From a virus: DNA of 64,000 nucleotides. This document shows, in pieces, positions 26,419 to 35,435 of the stretch. Below the pieces are notes generated by a model, which was not told the DNA's origin, searched no databases, and worked only from the letters and a program-made list of their open reading frames with translations. The stretch spans positions 46,389-110,388 of the IMG/VR virus record IMGVR_UViG_3300037851_000102; one strand, given 5' to 3'. The position numbers were made by a program, and so were the translations under genes. Each line of letters opens with the position of its first letter. Within the stretch, counting starts at the first letter, position 1.

Positions 26419-29400
26419 TTTCTTCATCGACATTGCCAAGGGTAAAGAGGTCGCTTCAATCGCCGTTATGGATGGCTCAAAGCTCTTAATGGGCAAGCGC
26501 AGAGATAACGGCAGATGGACTCTTCCAGGTGGGCACTTGGATGAGGGAGAAGATAAGCATGAGGCCGCGATTCGTGAATTGTACGAAGAGGCTGGCATCA
26601 AGGCTGAGAAGAAGGAATTGAAACTTCTTGGAACTAGAAAACTAAAAACATTCACAGGCAAAGATTATAAAATTCACGCATTCAGGATGGATGGTGCATC
26701 TATTAAGAGACTTTCTCATGGAACAAAAGATCCAGATGAAGAGATCGAGAAGTGGGAATGGATTGAAACAAAAGATGGCCTTCCAAAAGATGTCGCAGAG
26801 AATTTGCATTCGCCAAAGAATGTTGTGCTTCAGAAGATTGGTCTCCAGAAGTCTTTTGCGGATGATCTGAATTTTAATCTTCAGATTTGGAAGGGTGTTA
26901 TGAATTTACAAAAAGCAGACCGCATTCACGGCGGATTGGCAGACAAAAAGAAGAGATCAAACTTTGATTCTAAACAGCTTGCGGCTGGCAAAAAAGTTGA
27001 GATGGAGCATACGAATGATTCAAAAGTCGCAGAAGAAATTGCGATGGATCATTTGACCGAAGACCCAAAGTATTATGTGAAGTTGAAAAAGATCGAAAAA
27101 AGTGGAGAGGGCTCGCGTGGCGGCAAGATCATTGGGCACACGAAGTCTGGCAAGCCGATTTACCAATCTGGTTTTTCTCATGAGTCTGTGAAGCACTTTA
27201 CAAAGCAAGATCACAAAGATGCCAAGAAAAAGCACTATGAGGTCGGCGGCAATCATTATGAAAACTATGTGAACGAGCTTGAGGTCGCAAATGGTGAAGA
27301 AAGGTCTCCACACCCTTCGGCTTATGAAAACGAAAAACTTGCGAATCATCATGCAGATCAGGCGATGGCTCATGATGAAGCCTCTAAAAAGATCGATAAG
27401 TCTTTCTTCATCATGGATATGGTGAAGGCTCTTGGACACAAATACCTTCGCAAGTATCAGCGAAACGGCAAGTGGATTTACGTTTACCATGAGGGCGAAG
27501 GTCACGGCAGACGTTTGAGCGAAGAGCATTTGGAACACATGAGTTGGCTCGCAGAGCATGGTGAAGGTAACGTCCGACAAAAGATGCGCGAACTTATAGA
27601 GAATGCCAAGGCTCACAATGAAGAGCATTTGGAGAATCTTCGTCACGTTGCTGACAAGCATGAAGATGAGAACGTGCGAAGACGCGCTCATGAGCATTTG
27701 AAAAAGTTTGGAATTGATCGAGACATTGAGAAACTTGAAGATCAGGCTCACGCGGCGGCGAATGCAGATGACCTTAATAAGCAATTGGCTCCCGCAGATC
27801 AGCGAAAGTGGATGGAAGAAATTAAGGGAATTCTGAATTCAAAGGTCTTTGGACATTTGGCTTCACACATGGATTCGCCGTGGTCTCAATCTGTTGTCAG
27901 AGCGAGAATCACTCTTGAATCTGTGATGAGAGATGTTCAGACCAAGCAGAATCCAAAAGATATTTTGGATGCTCTTCATGCAGAAATGAAGAAGATCGAT
28001 CAGGCGCAAGCTGGATCTCCGCCATCTGCGAACAGCGAAGTCAATCGAGTCGGCGGATACGGCTCAATGGCTTACAACGAAGTGATGAAAAAGCTCGAAG
28101 AGAAGGGGCTTGTTCCAACAAAGTATTCTCGCACACACAAGATGGAGCGTTCAGAAAGAACAGCGATGCCCAAGTTTAAAGAACATTTGGATCAGCTTTC
28201 TGAGCAAGAGCGCAGAGAGGCCGCAGAAAGAGCGGAGCGCGAAAGACGTGAGGCCGCAGAGAAGGCAGAGCGAGAAAGACGCGAAGCTGAGGCATTGGCT
28301 GTCGCACATAGGACTCACGCTGAATCTGTTGAGAAGATGTCTAACTACTTCGGTGTCACTCTGAGCGACATTGAGAAGAGAAGGCTGTCTGGCAACATTG
28401 AGAAGTTCTTTGGATCAGATTTCAAATTCCAAAGAATGTTCGATCATCTCCAAGGGCATAAGGATGTTGAGATTAGAATCGGCGAAGGTTTCATGCAGGG
28501 ACTTCAGCGCGGAAGCAATTCACTTTCTGTTGGATTCACGTTCCACGCTCCAGATGGACGAAAGATCACTTCTGCAAGCAGGACGATTACAAAGAATTCA
28601 GATGGATCTATTGATTGGCACAACGGAGTTTTTTCGCGAGCAGCGAATCAGGATTTAAAGAGATACGATGGAATGGCTTCGGGTCTTTATGGTGGAGTTG
28701 AAAACTTCCTTCGTGAGATCTCAAAGAACTGGACTGGATCGGCCAAGGAGAACACTCGCGTATCAATCGGAACTGCCGCAAACGGTGGATTCGGGGACTC
28801 TTATAAGGGCTCAAACGTATGGGCGAAGCACTACTTTGAATGGGAGAGCAATCGCAAATCTGGCTTTCAATCTCGTTGGAAGTCTAAGGCGAGCGAGATG
28901 ATGGCTCGAATCGGTCGTGAATCAGAGCTTGCGGATTTCAATCGTCACATCGATGGTGCAGAATATCTGTATCAATTCTTGAGAACTCCAATCCAATTGA
29001 CCAAGCAAGAGGCTGAACGCGCTCTTGGAAGATCTTTGGATTTTGACTTTAATCAGATCATTGAGAAAAAGGGCAAGATCGACATTGGCGATCTAATCAT
29101 GACTTCGACTGGCGCAAGCTATGGCGGAGCAGTCGCCTACATCAATAAAACTTCAGGAAGACACGGGCACTTGAATGAGAAGCGCCGTCGAATGTACGAT
29201 GCGGTTCTTCCAGAAAGTCGTTCGTTCCCAGCAAGACCTATGCGAAGTGCTGCGGATGCAGATCGGGCAGCAAGAACAGCACAACAAGAGGCGGATCGAA
29301 GAAGATCCGAAACAGCTTCAAGACATGGAATTTCGGGTGGAGAAAGAGATCACGTTGACAGATACAATCGATACTGGACTCGCGGAGATGCAAATATCCG

Positions 29401-29527
29401 CTTGACCGAGAGCAGGCTGAGAACCATCGGGCGATGGACGCAAGGCCAAAGAGATTACTTCTTATCAACGGCACGATTGACTCCACAAGCGAAAGCAAGA
29501 ATAAGAGCATTAGGGAGAGCGACATGA
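26405..29527 (+). CDS. multidomain head-packaged protein: Nudix hydrolase, DUF5661-like, short repeats and GNAT-like domain
   Basis: complete Nudix box GHLDEGEDKHEAAIRELYEEAGI; GKKVEMEH...IAMDHLTEDPKYY; GMASGL...AAN...GSNVWAKHYF. Confidence 0.8.
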   Translation: MKSFSFFIDIAKGKEVASIAVMDGSKLLMGKRRDNGRWTLPGGHLDEGEDKHEAAIRELYEEAGIKAEKKELKLLGTRKLKTFTGKDYKIHAFRMDGASIKRLSHGTKDPDEEIEKWEWIETKDGLPKDVAENLHSPKNVVLQKIGLQKSFADDLNFNLQIWKGVMNLQKADRIHGGLADKKKRSNFDSKQLAAGKKVEMEHTNDSKVAEEIAMDHLTEDPKYYVKLKKIEKSGEGSRGGKIIGHTKSGKPIYQSGFSHESVKHFTKQDHKDAKKKHYEVGGNHYENYVNELEVANGEERSPHPSAYENEKLANHHADQAMAHDEASKKIDKSFFIMDMVKALGHKYLRKYQRNGKWIYVYHEGEGHGRRLSEEHLEHMSWLAEHGEGNVRQKMRELIENAKAHNEEHLENLRHVADKHEDENVRRRAHEHLKKFGIDRDIEKLEDQAHAAANADDLNKQLAPADQRKWMEEIKGILNSKVFGHLASHMDSPWSQSVVRARITLESVMRDVQTKQNPKDILDALHAEMKKIDQAQAGSPPSANSEVNRVGGYGSMAYNEVMKKLEEKGLVPTKYSRTHKMERSERTAMPKFKEHLDQLSEQERREAAERAERERREAAEKAERERREAEALAVAHRTHAESVEKMSNYFGVTLSDIEKRRLSGNIEKFFGSDFKFQRMFDHLQGHKDVEIRIGEGFMQGLQRGSNSLSVGFTFHAPDGRKITSASRTITKNSDGSIDWHNGVFSRAANQDLKRYDGMASGLYGGVENFLREISKNWTGSAKENTRVSIGTAANGGFGDSYKGSNVWAKHYFEWESNRKSGFQSRWKSKASEMMARIGRESELADFNRHIDGAEYLYQFLRTPIQLTKQEAERALGRSLDFDFNQIIEKKGKIDIGDLIMTSTGASYGGAVAYINKTSGRHGHLNEKRRRMYDAVLPESRSFPARPMRSAADADRAARTAQQEADRRRSETASRHGISGGERDHVDRYNRYWTRGDANIRLTESRLRTIGRWTQGQRDYFLSTARLTPQAKARIRALGRAT

Positions 29528-29748
29528 TTGACGATCAAGGCGAACTGACTTTAGAAGACGACATCATTGAATATGTTGAAATGGCGAGAGACAGCAGGAT
29601 CTCTGGCGACACGTTTGTAAGAAACATGGTTCTTATCGTGGGCGGCAAAGATTGGGAAGAAGTGGCTCGCGATGTTTTGAAAGAGAAGCCTGAACTTTTA
29701 AAGGTTTTTGAGAGCTATGTTGACGAAGCGCCAACTCAAGCAAATTGA
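29524..29748 (+). CDS. hypothetical acidic protein
   Basis: GGGAG RBS, ATGA overlap; possible partner of the upstream protein. Confidence 0.55.
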   Translation: MIDDQGELTLEDDIIEYVEMARDSRISGDTFVRNMVLIVGGKDWEEVARDVLKEKPELLKVFESYVDEAPTQAN

Positions 29749-30727
29749 GGAGATCATTCGTCGAAGATTCCTTGCGTTCACATACGAAGCCCTTGGTGAG
29801 AGGGCTTTATCAGAAGAAGAAATCGCCGAACTCAAAAGAATTGGACTTCTAAGAGGGTCTGTCAGATCGATGGTCGCCGATGGATATACCATTGGCAAAG
29901 TTGTATCTGCGCTTGAGCATGAAGATGCAAGGGCGATGGGTTTCGATGAGATTCTGGCAGCGGCCAAAAAGATTCCAACGACAGCGGTTGAGAAGCAGAT
30001 GATCGAATGGTCGAGTTCTCACGCGGGCGAGTACATCAAGGGAATTTCTGACAGCATGGTGAAAGAGATTCGTGGAACAGCGGCAAGAGGAGCCCTTCAA
30101 GCTATCCGCGAAAAGGTCGAGGAAGGAATCAAAGATCGGCTGACTCCATCGCAATTAAAGACCGCTCTTTTCGATACTATCGACGACAAGGCAAGAGATT
30201 GGGGTCGAATCGCATCGACCGAACTCACAAATTCAATTCAAAATGGAATCGCTAACGAAATCAGAAGGATTCATGGATCCGAACAACTGGTCTATAAAAG
30301 GCCGAATCCAGACGCTTGCAAATACTGTAAAGCCGCCTTTCTTGAGGATGATGGAATCACGCCAAAGGTGTTCAAGCTCTCGGACATGGAAGATCATAAC
30401 TTTGGGAAGCGCGTGGCCGATTGGGAGCCAACAATCTCGGCGGTTCATCCGTGGTGTCAGTGCCAGCTTATGATGATTCCAGAGGGTTACGACTTTGTTC
30501 AAAAAAGGACTGTAAAGGCTCCTTTCGCGCACGATGGCAAGAACTATAAGCGTGGACAGGTCGTTGCCGATGAGGTGTTCGACGCGCTTTCAGAGGACAG
30601 CAAACAGAAGACTAAGTTGGACGCAATACTTGAGTACACAGGGGAGACGGCAACGCCCTCAGTTAAAAAGAGTCTCGGCTCCGATATGGGGCATGAACAC
30701 GGCGAAGACTGCACCTGTGGATATTAG
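29717..30727 (+). CDS. MuF-like (SPP1 gp7-like) minor head protein
   Basis: DWGRIASTE, ACKYC, HPWCQC (HPxCxC) motif; located between portal and protease. Confidence 0.8.
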   Translation: MLTKRQLKQIEEIIRRRFLAFTYEALGERALSEEEIAELKRIGLLRGSVRSMVADGYTIGKVVSALEHEDARAMGFDEILAAAKKIPTTAVEKQMIEWSSSHAGEYIKGISDSMVKEIRGTAARGALQAIREKVEEGIKDRLTPSQLKTALFDTIDDKARDWGRIASTELTNSIQNGIANEIRRIHGSEQLVYKRPNPDACKYCKAAFLEDDGITPKVFKLSDMEDHNFGKRVADWEPTISAVHPWCQCQLMMIPEGYDFVQKRTVKAPFAHDGKNYKRGQVVADEVFDALSEDSKQKTKLDAILEYTGETATPSVKKSLGSDMGHEHGEDCTCGY

Positions 30728-30735
30728 GAGAGAAT

Positions 30736-33237
30736 ATGGATTTAATCGGCCAAAGATTCGTAATTGATATCGAAAAGGCAAGAACTCACAAATATGTTAA
30801 ACGCACAGGTAGTCCTGGCAATTACAAATACTGGTACAAGCTGCCAAACGGTGAGCTTGTGGCAGAAGACGACAAGCAAGAGATGGGCAAGCTCGACCAC
30901 ATCAAGCGGCTCATCGTCGCAAGATCTAAAGGCCATCATGAGATGGACAATGATGCCATTGCACGACACGTCGGCATCGACAAAAAGAAGGTCGGCAGTG
31001 CAGAAAGAAATCTGCGTCGTGCAGGCCGACAGTGGCAGCATGGAACTACAGGAGCGCAACGACAGTTCTCGGCAGGCCACGACTACACTGACGAGCATTT
31101 GGCCGAAGCAAAGGCAGATCTTATTGCCAGAATCAGAGAAGCAAGAGGCTCATCGGCCACGCCTGCGGCACCTGCTCCTGCGGCGGCAGAGCCAGCAAGG
31201 ACTGAAGCTGCGCCAGCACCAAGAAGAAGGGCACCAAGAGCCCGTGCAGAGGCTCCAGCCACGCCATCTGCGGTCGCAACAATATCTTCTTTAGGCACCG
31301 ATCACGGCTTTACTGCGGACACTCATAGAAAGCTCGTTCATGCTGGACTTTCAGATGAAATGATTAAGGAGTTCGGCAAGGGTATTAAGATTGATACTGA
31401 AGGCGAAATGCAAGGGGAGATGACAGTTCCTTTTGATAGGTATCGTGACGAACATAGAGATGAGCTTTTGAATCATGTGATTGAGAATGCTCGAAACAAT
31501 AAATTTGAAGTTGGTTTTAAATATCTCCAATTAAAGGGAGATGATGATAAGTTGGACGAAGGTCTTCAGGCACTTGGATTTAATAAGATCGCAAATGCTC
31601 CAGACAGCACTGGAAGAACATCTGAAAGATGGGTTCATCCAGATGGAATGGTCTTCACAAGAACAGGTGGATATTCAAACCTGACTGGTAAAATGGTCAA
31701 AACCCACAGAATGATGAAGATGATTCTTGAAGAGGCGACCTATGTTAAGGACGTTTCTCCATTCGCAGATGGACTTCATGGAAGTTTGAAAGACGAGCAA
31801 TACCGATCCGCACTTGGATCAGAATCCTCTTCAGGAACTACTTCTACAACTTCTACGTCTCAGACAGAGGCTTCAACGCCAAGCGCAAGACAAACGTCCA
31901 GCCCCCGCGCTGGGAGAGGGACAGCCGACTCAGAGACTCAAAGAAGGCTTCAGGCTCTTAAAGATGCAGGATTTGATTTTGGAGAAGGGTCTCAGGAGAC
32001 AGAAGTCGCTCCAGAAGAGGCTTCTCGCGTTCAAGAGCAAGCACAAAGAGCCCAAGAAGCTGCGCAAGCTGCGAGAAGGCAGCGAGAAGTCGAACCAGCA
32101 TCTCCAGCCGCAAGAGAACTTCATGCGGTCGCTCCAGACTTAGCGGAAGCAGATGCTCCGATCCAAGCAATGCTCGAAGCTCAACGACGTGGTGAGAACC
32201 CGTATTTGAATCGAGCAAAGGATATTTATCACAACATCCAGGCCGATTTGAAACCAGAGCGCAAAGATGTGGTCAGACACTTGTTGTCTGCGATTGATGC
32301 GGTAAAGGATTCGTCTGGTAAAGTCGATCAGGCGGCTCTCCTTCAAAAGTACAAAGAGCTTTCTGGCAAAAATGTCAGAGGTCTTTCTGGCGTTGCAGAA
32401 GAATTTGAAAAGGGCACGTTCATGACTCTCGATGAGGTCACTGGCAATGCTCCTATCGATGTTGAAATGGAGCGTATGAAGCGCGGTTATGCTGCGAAAC
32501 AGTTCGCTCGAATGAAGCCATTCTTGAAACAAAGTTGGGTGAACGCAAATCCATCGGCTCCGCCGCCAATGCCTACGTTCGGAGATGTTAAGTCTTGGAC
32601 TGAGCATGGTGGATCAAAACCAAGTTGGGCTGGAACAACTCGTTTGGCGATGCCAAGAGAAGTTTACGATGCGGCTCACAAGATTGGCGGCAAGCCAAAA
32701 TATCCGCCAGCATGGATGCCGATTCACATGATGCCCGTTTGGAATTATGTGATGGCGAAAACTGGCGATGATTCTGCTTACCAAGCTCGAGGCGGCGGCC
32801 TTTCTCAAGGAAGCAGTCCGACTGGTTGGAAGATGAACATGGGATCACAAGCTGGATATCAAGAAGGCATTGTGATGAACGCGATGAGAAAGTACGTTCA
32901 GATGCGTGGCGGTCACGATCAATTGACCGACATTCCTGCACACAAGCTCGCGGAAGTGAATTTGAGCCATTCAGATATCTTCAAAGCCCTTGACCCTCAT
33001 GATATGAGCGACAAGGCTATGAGAAGTTTGATGACTACAAAGGTTGTGGATCCAGTGGCACTCTTGCCATTCATTAAAGAAGAAATGAAAAATAAGCCCG
33101 TGAAAAAGTCGATTGAACTTGTTGTGGACGCAGATCTTAAGCCGTTCACATTCAAGAAATCTTTTGTCGTCGATGAGAAGATGGCAAAGGCTGAACTGAT
33201 CGCTAAAATCAGGGCGGCCAAACACACGGGGAGATGA
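30736..33237 (+). CDS. large probable head-packaged protein
   Basis: N-terminal FVIDIEK|ARTHKY...YKYWY module shared with 26405; HTH-like segment; Ala/Pro and Ser/Thr linkers; KK|S sites at C-terminus. Confidence 0.65.
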   Translation: MDLIGQRFVIDIEKARTHKYVKRTGSPGNYKYWYKLPNGELVAEDDKQEMGKLDHIKRLIVARSKGHHEMDNDAIARHVGIDKKKVGSAERNLRRAGRQWQHGTTGAQRQFSAGHDYTDEHLAEAKADLIARIREARGSSATPAAPAPAAAEPARTEAAPAPRRRAPRARAEAPATPSAVATISSLGTDHGFTADTHRKLVHAGLSDEMIKEFGKGIKIDTEGEMQGEMTVPFDRYRDEHRDELLNHVIENARNNKFEVGFKYLQLKGDDDKLDEGLQALGFNKIANAPDSTGRTSERWVHPDGMVFTRTGGYSNLTGKMVKTHRMMKMILEEATYVKDVSPFADGLHGSLKDEQYRSALGSESSSGTTSTTSTSQTEASTPSARQTSSPRAGRGTADSETQRRLQALKDAGFDFGEGSQETEVAPEEASRVQEQAQRAQEAAQAARRQREVEPASPAARELHAVAPDLAEADAPIQAMLEAQRRGENPYLNRAKDIYHNIQADLKPERKDVVRHLLSAIDAVKDSSGKVDQAALLQKYKELSGKNVRGLSGVAEEFEKGTFMTLDEVTGNAPIDVEMERMKRGYAAKQFARMKPFLKQSWVNANPSAPPPMPTFGDVKSWTEHGGSKPSWAGTTRLAMPREVYDAAHKIGGKPKYPPAWMPIHMMPVWNYVMAKTGDDSAYQARGGGLSQGSSPTGWKMNMGSQAGYQEGIVMNAMRKYVQMRGGHDQLTDIPAHKLAEVNLSHSDIFKALDPHDMSDKAMRSLMTTKVVDPVALLPFIKEEMKNKPVKKSIELVVDADLKPFTFKKSFVVDEKMAKAELIAKIRAAKHTGR
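31848..31865. repeat. partial copy of the quasi-palindrome (AACTTCTACGTCTCAG)
   Basis: reverse complement of the 2331 copy. Confidence 0.4.
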
Positions 33238-33240
33238 TTG

Positions 33241-33462
33241 ATGAGTCAAAAGATTGACGTTGACTGTCCCGAATGTGGGGCGAACATGATAAAATCGTAT
33301 GCTGAAGAGGCGAAGTTTCGTTGCAAGTTAATCAAGTGGGACAAGGAAGGCATGAAGGCAATCTGTAAAAGCTGCGATCATGAGGTTCCAATTTCTGTTG
33401 ATGTACTAAAGTCGGTCGAATCGACCTTCGTCTTTGAGGCCGACAAAAACTTAAAGAAATAA
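33241..33462 (+). CDS. small zinc-ribbon protein
   Basis: CPECG...CKSC; GGGGAG RBS. Confidence 0.65.
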   Translation: MSQKIDVDCPECGANMIKSYAEEAKFRCKLIKWDKEGMKAICKSCDHEVPISVDVLKSVESTFVFEADKNLKK

Positions 33463-33510
33463 CTTGCGACTCCGATAATACGGTGTAACACTATAGAAGC
33501 CAACATAAGA

Positions 33511-33545
33511 CTCAAGTTTGACGGAGTAGTACGGCTGAACTTGAG
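33511..33545 (+). promoter_or_regulatory. 5' UTR hairpin overlapping the prohead-protease RBS
   Basis: CTCAAGTT...AACTTGAG inverted repeat whose 3' arm runs into GAGGAG. Confidence 0.4.
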
Positions 33546-33551
33546 GAGCTT

Positions 33552-34373
33552 ATGGATAAACCCTTCTACATTGGTGAGAACGACTTTCGCGTTTGGCTTC
33601 CAGACATTCAACTCATCGAAAAATCCGAAGACTCTGAAAAATACAATTCTCGTAAAATTTTTGGCATTATGTCCACTGATCGTAAAGATCGGCAGGGCGA
33701 AGTTGTAGAGGCTAAGGGCCTCGATTTTGATGAATTTTTATCTCACGGACACTTCAACGATAACCATTCACAGGATACCAGCGCAATCGTCGGCTATCCA
33801 GAGAGCGTGAAGTATCATGCTTCTTTGGCGCAGTTCGATCCCAAACTGAAGAACGCTTCAGGATGGACTTGCGAAGGATTCGTCTTAAAGGGCACCAAGC
33901 GTTCCGAAGCAATTTGGGAACTTGCGAAGGCTCTCACATCTGTTCCAGGCCGAAGTCTCGGCTTCTCAATTGAAGGTAAAGTGAGTCGAAGAGAGGACAA
34001 GACAATCAAATCTGCAAAGATTCGTAACGTGGCAATCACAAATTGTCCCGTGAACACTGATTGTTCTTGGAGCGTTCTCGAAAAATCCTTCCACCAACCA
34101 GACATGGCAATCAAGGCGATGACCGCTGGATACGGCGTTTCGCCTGCCACACAGTCTGGCGGTGGAGCAATTAGAGCAGAATCTTTGGATCATGATCCGA
34201 AGAAGGTGTCTGAGGTTCTCGATAAAAAGAAAAAACGAGAAGAGGCTCTGAAGAGAGCGTTAGGATTTGAAGACATGGTTAAAGCAATGGAATTGGTTTT
34301 GGAGCGTCGGCCTGACTTCGATGATGAAGCGGCGGCAGCGTTCATTAACTTCATTTTTAAGAAAGGGGGGTGA
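33552..34373 (+). CDS. prohead protease
   Basis: GIMST..KDRQGE, GHFNDNH, LGFSIEG, NVAIT.CPVN; position before scaffold and MCP. Confidence 0.9.
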   Translation: MDKPFYIGENDFRVWLPDIQLIEKSEDSEKYNSRKIFGIMSTDRKDRQGEVVEAKGLDFDEFLSHGHFNDNHSQDTSAIVGYPESVKYHASLAQFDPKLKNASGWTCEGFVLKGTKRSEAIWELAKALTSVPGRSLGFSIEGKVSRREDKTIKSAKIRNVAITNCPVNTDCSWSVLEKSFHQPDMAIKAMTAGYGVSPATQSGGGAIRAESLDHDPKKVSEVLDKKKKREEALKRALGFEDMVKAMELVLERRPDFDDEAAAAFINFIFKKGG

Positions 34374-34377
34374 AAGC

Positions 34378-34602
34378 ATGGATGGATTCCAATTGGGTCG
34401 ATTGTCGGCAGATGAATTGGGCAAAAAAGTGCTTCACGATGCTCCTGAGAAACAAGTCGCGGCCTTGATGTCCAAGGTCGATGAGCTTACCACCGCGCTC
34501 GCAGCGTTGTGTGCAAAGCTCGATGCGGATGCAGGTGTCACCGACACTGACTACGCGGCGACCATCTCAGATAGCGTCGCGAAAATTGAACTTTATATTT
34601 AA
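34378..34602 (+). CDS. small head-associated protein
   Basis: GGGGGG RBS; KLDADAGVTDTDY motif. Confidence 0.55.
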   Translation: MDGFQLGRLSADELGKKVLHDAPEKQVAALMSKVDELTTALAALCAKLDADAGVTDTDYAATISDSVAKIELYI

Positions 34603-34622
34603 ACTTAAAAGGAGAAAACGAA

Positions 34623-35420
34623 ATGAGCAAAAAGGTATCGCAAGAGCAAGTAGAAAAAGCTCTCGCTTCGCTTGAGGCTCAGTTGGCAGAAGATACGGTT
34701 GTCAAAGCGTCTGAAGACGATCTTGACCAGCCTGAAGGTGCCGACATGGGTAATCCAGCTAAAGACAAAATGTCTGACGCTGCGAAGGCGAAAAAGGGAG
34801 TGAAAAAAGGAGACCTCAAAATCGAGCATGAAGGTGACGAGGATGAGGATGAGGGTATGGAGATGGAGAAGAAAAAGGCTTATCAAAAAGCTAAAAAATC
34901 TTTCTCTGACGAAATGCCAGAAGAAGTTCAGACCAAGATTGATGTTTCTGAATTCTTGAAGTCGCTTGTGGATCACACAGGCAACACAATCGAGACTCTT
35001 CGTGTAGCTGTCGTTAAGAGCGAAGCGCACAATGATGCTCGATATGGACAGCTTGCTGAAGCTGTTGAAGATGTTCAGAAGTCTCAGGCCAAAATCGGTG
35101 TTGTTCTCAAAGCAATTTGCGAACGTATCGGTGTTATTTCTGCCGCGCCTGCTCGTCCTGCAAAGGCCGACACTGTGGCGAAATCCGAAGGTGCAGCGCC
35201 AGCCGCTCGCAAATTCGATTCTGGTCTCGAACAAGAAGGTCAGGAGAAGGTTTTCAAATCTCTCTCTGACAATCCACAAGTCGCCAAGTCACAAATGAGC
35301 AATGCTCTATGTGATTTAGTGAAAAAGGGCGAAGCAACGGATCTTGATGTAATCGGCTTTGAAAGCGGCGGTTATATCAGACCTGAGCTAGTGGGTAAAC
35401 TTAAACAGGTCTTGAACTAA
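34623..35420 (+). CDS. capsid scaffolding protein
   Basis: acidic/coiled-coil, many [VFL]xK|[AGS] sites, directly before MCP. Confidence 0.75.
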   Translation: MSKKVSQEQVEKALASLEAQLAEDTVVKASEDDLDQPEGADMGNPAKDKMSDAAKAKKGVKKGDLKIEHEGDEDEDEGMEMEKKKAYQKAKKSFSDEMPEEVQTKIDVSEFLKSLVDHTGNTIETLRVAVVKSEAHNDARYGQLAEAVEDVQKSQAKIGVVLKAICERIGVISAAPARPAKADTVAKSEGAAPAARKFDSGLEQEGQEKVFKSLSDNPQVAKSQMSNALCDLVKKGEATDLDVIGFESGGYIRPELVGKLKQVLN

Positions 35421-35435
35421 CAAGGGGGAAGAACA

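Noticed and set aside
28207-28290. Tandem ERREAAE(R/K)AER repeat
   Set aside because: Ordinary charged single-helix linker, degenerate at DNA level.
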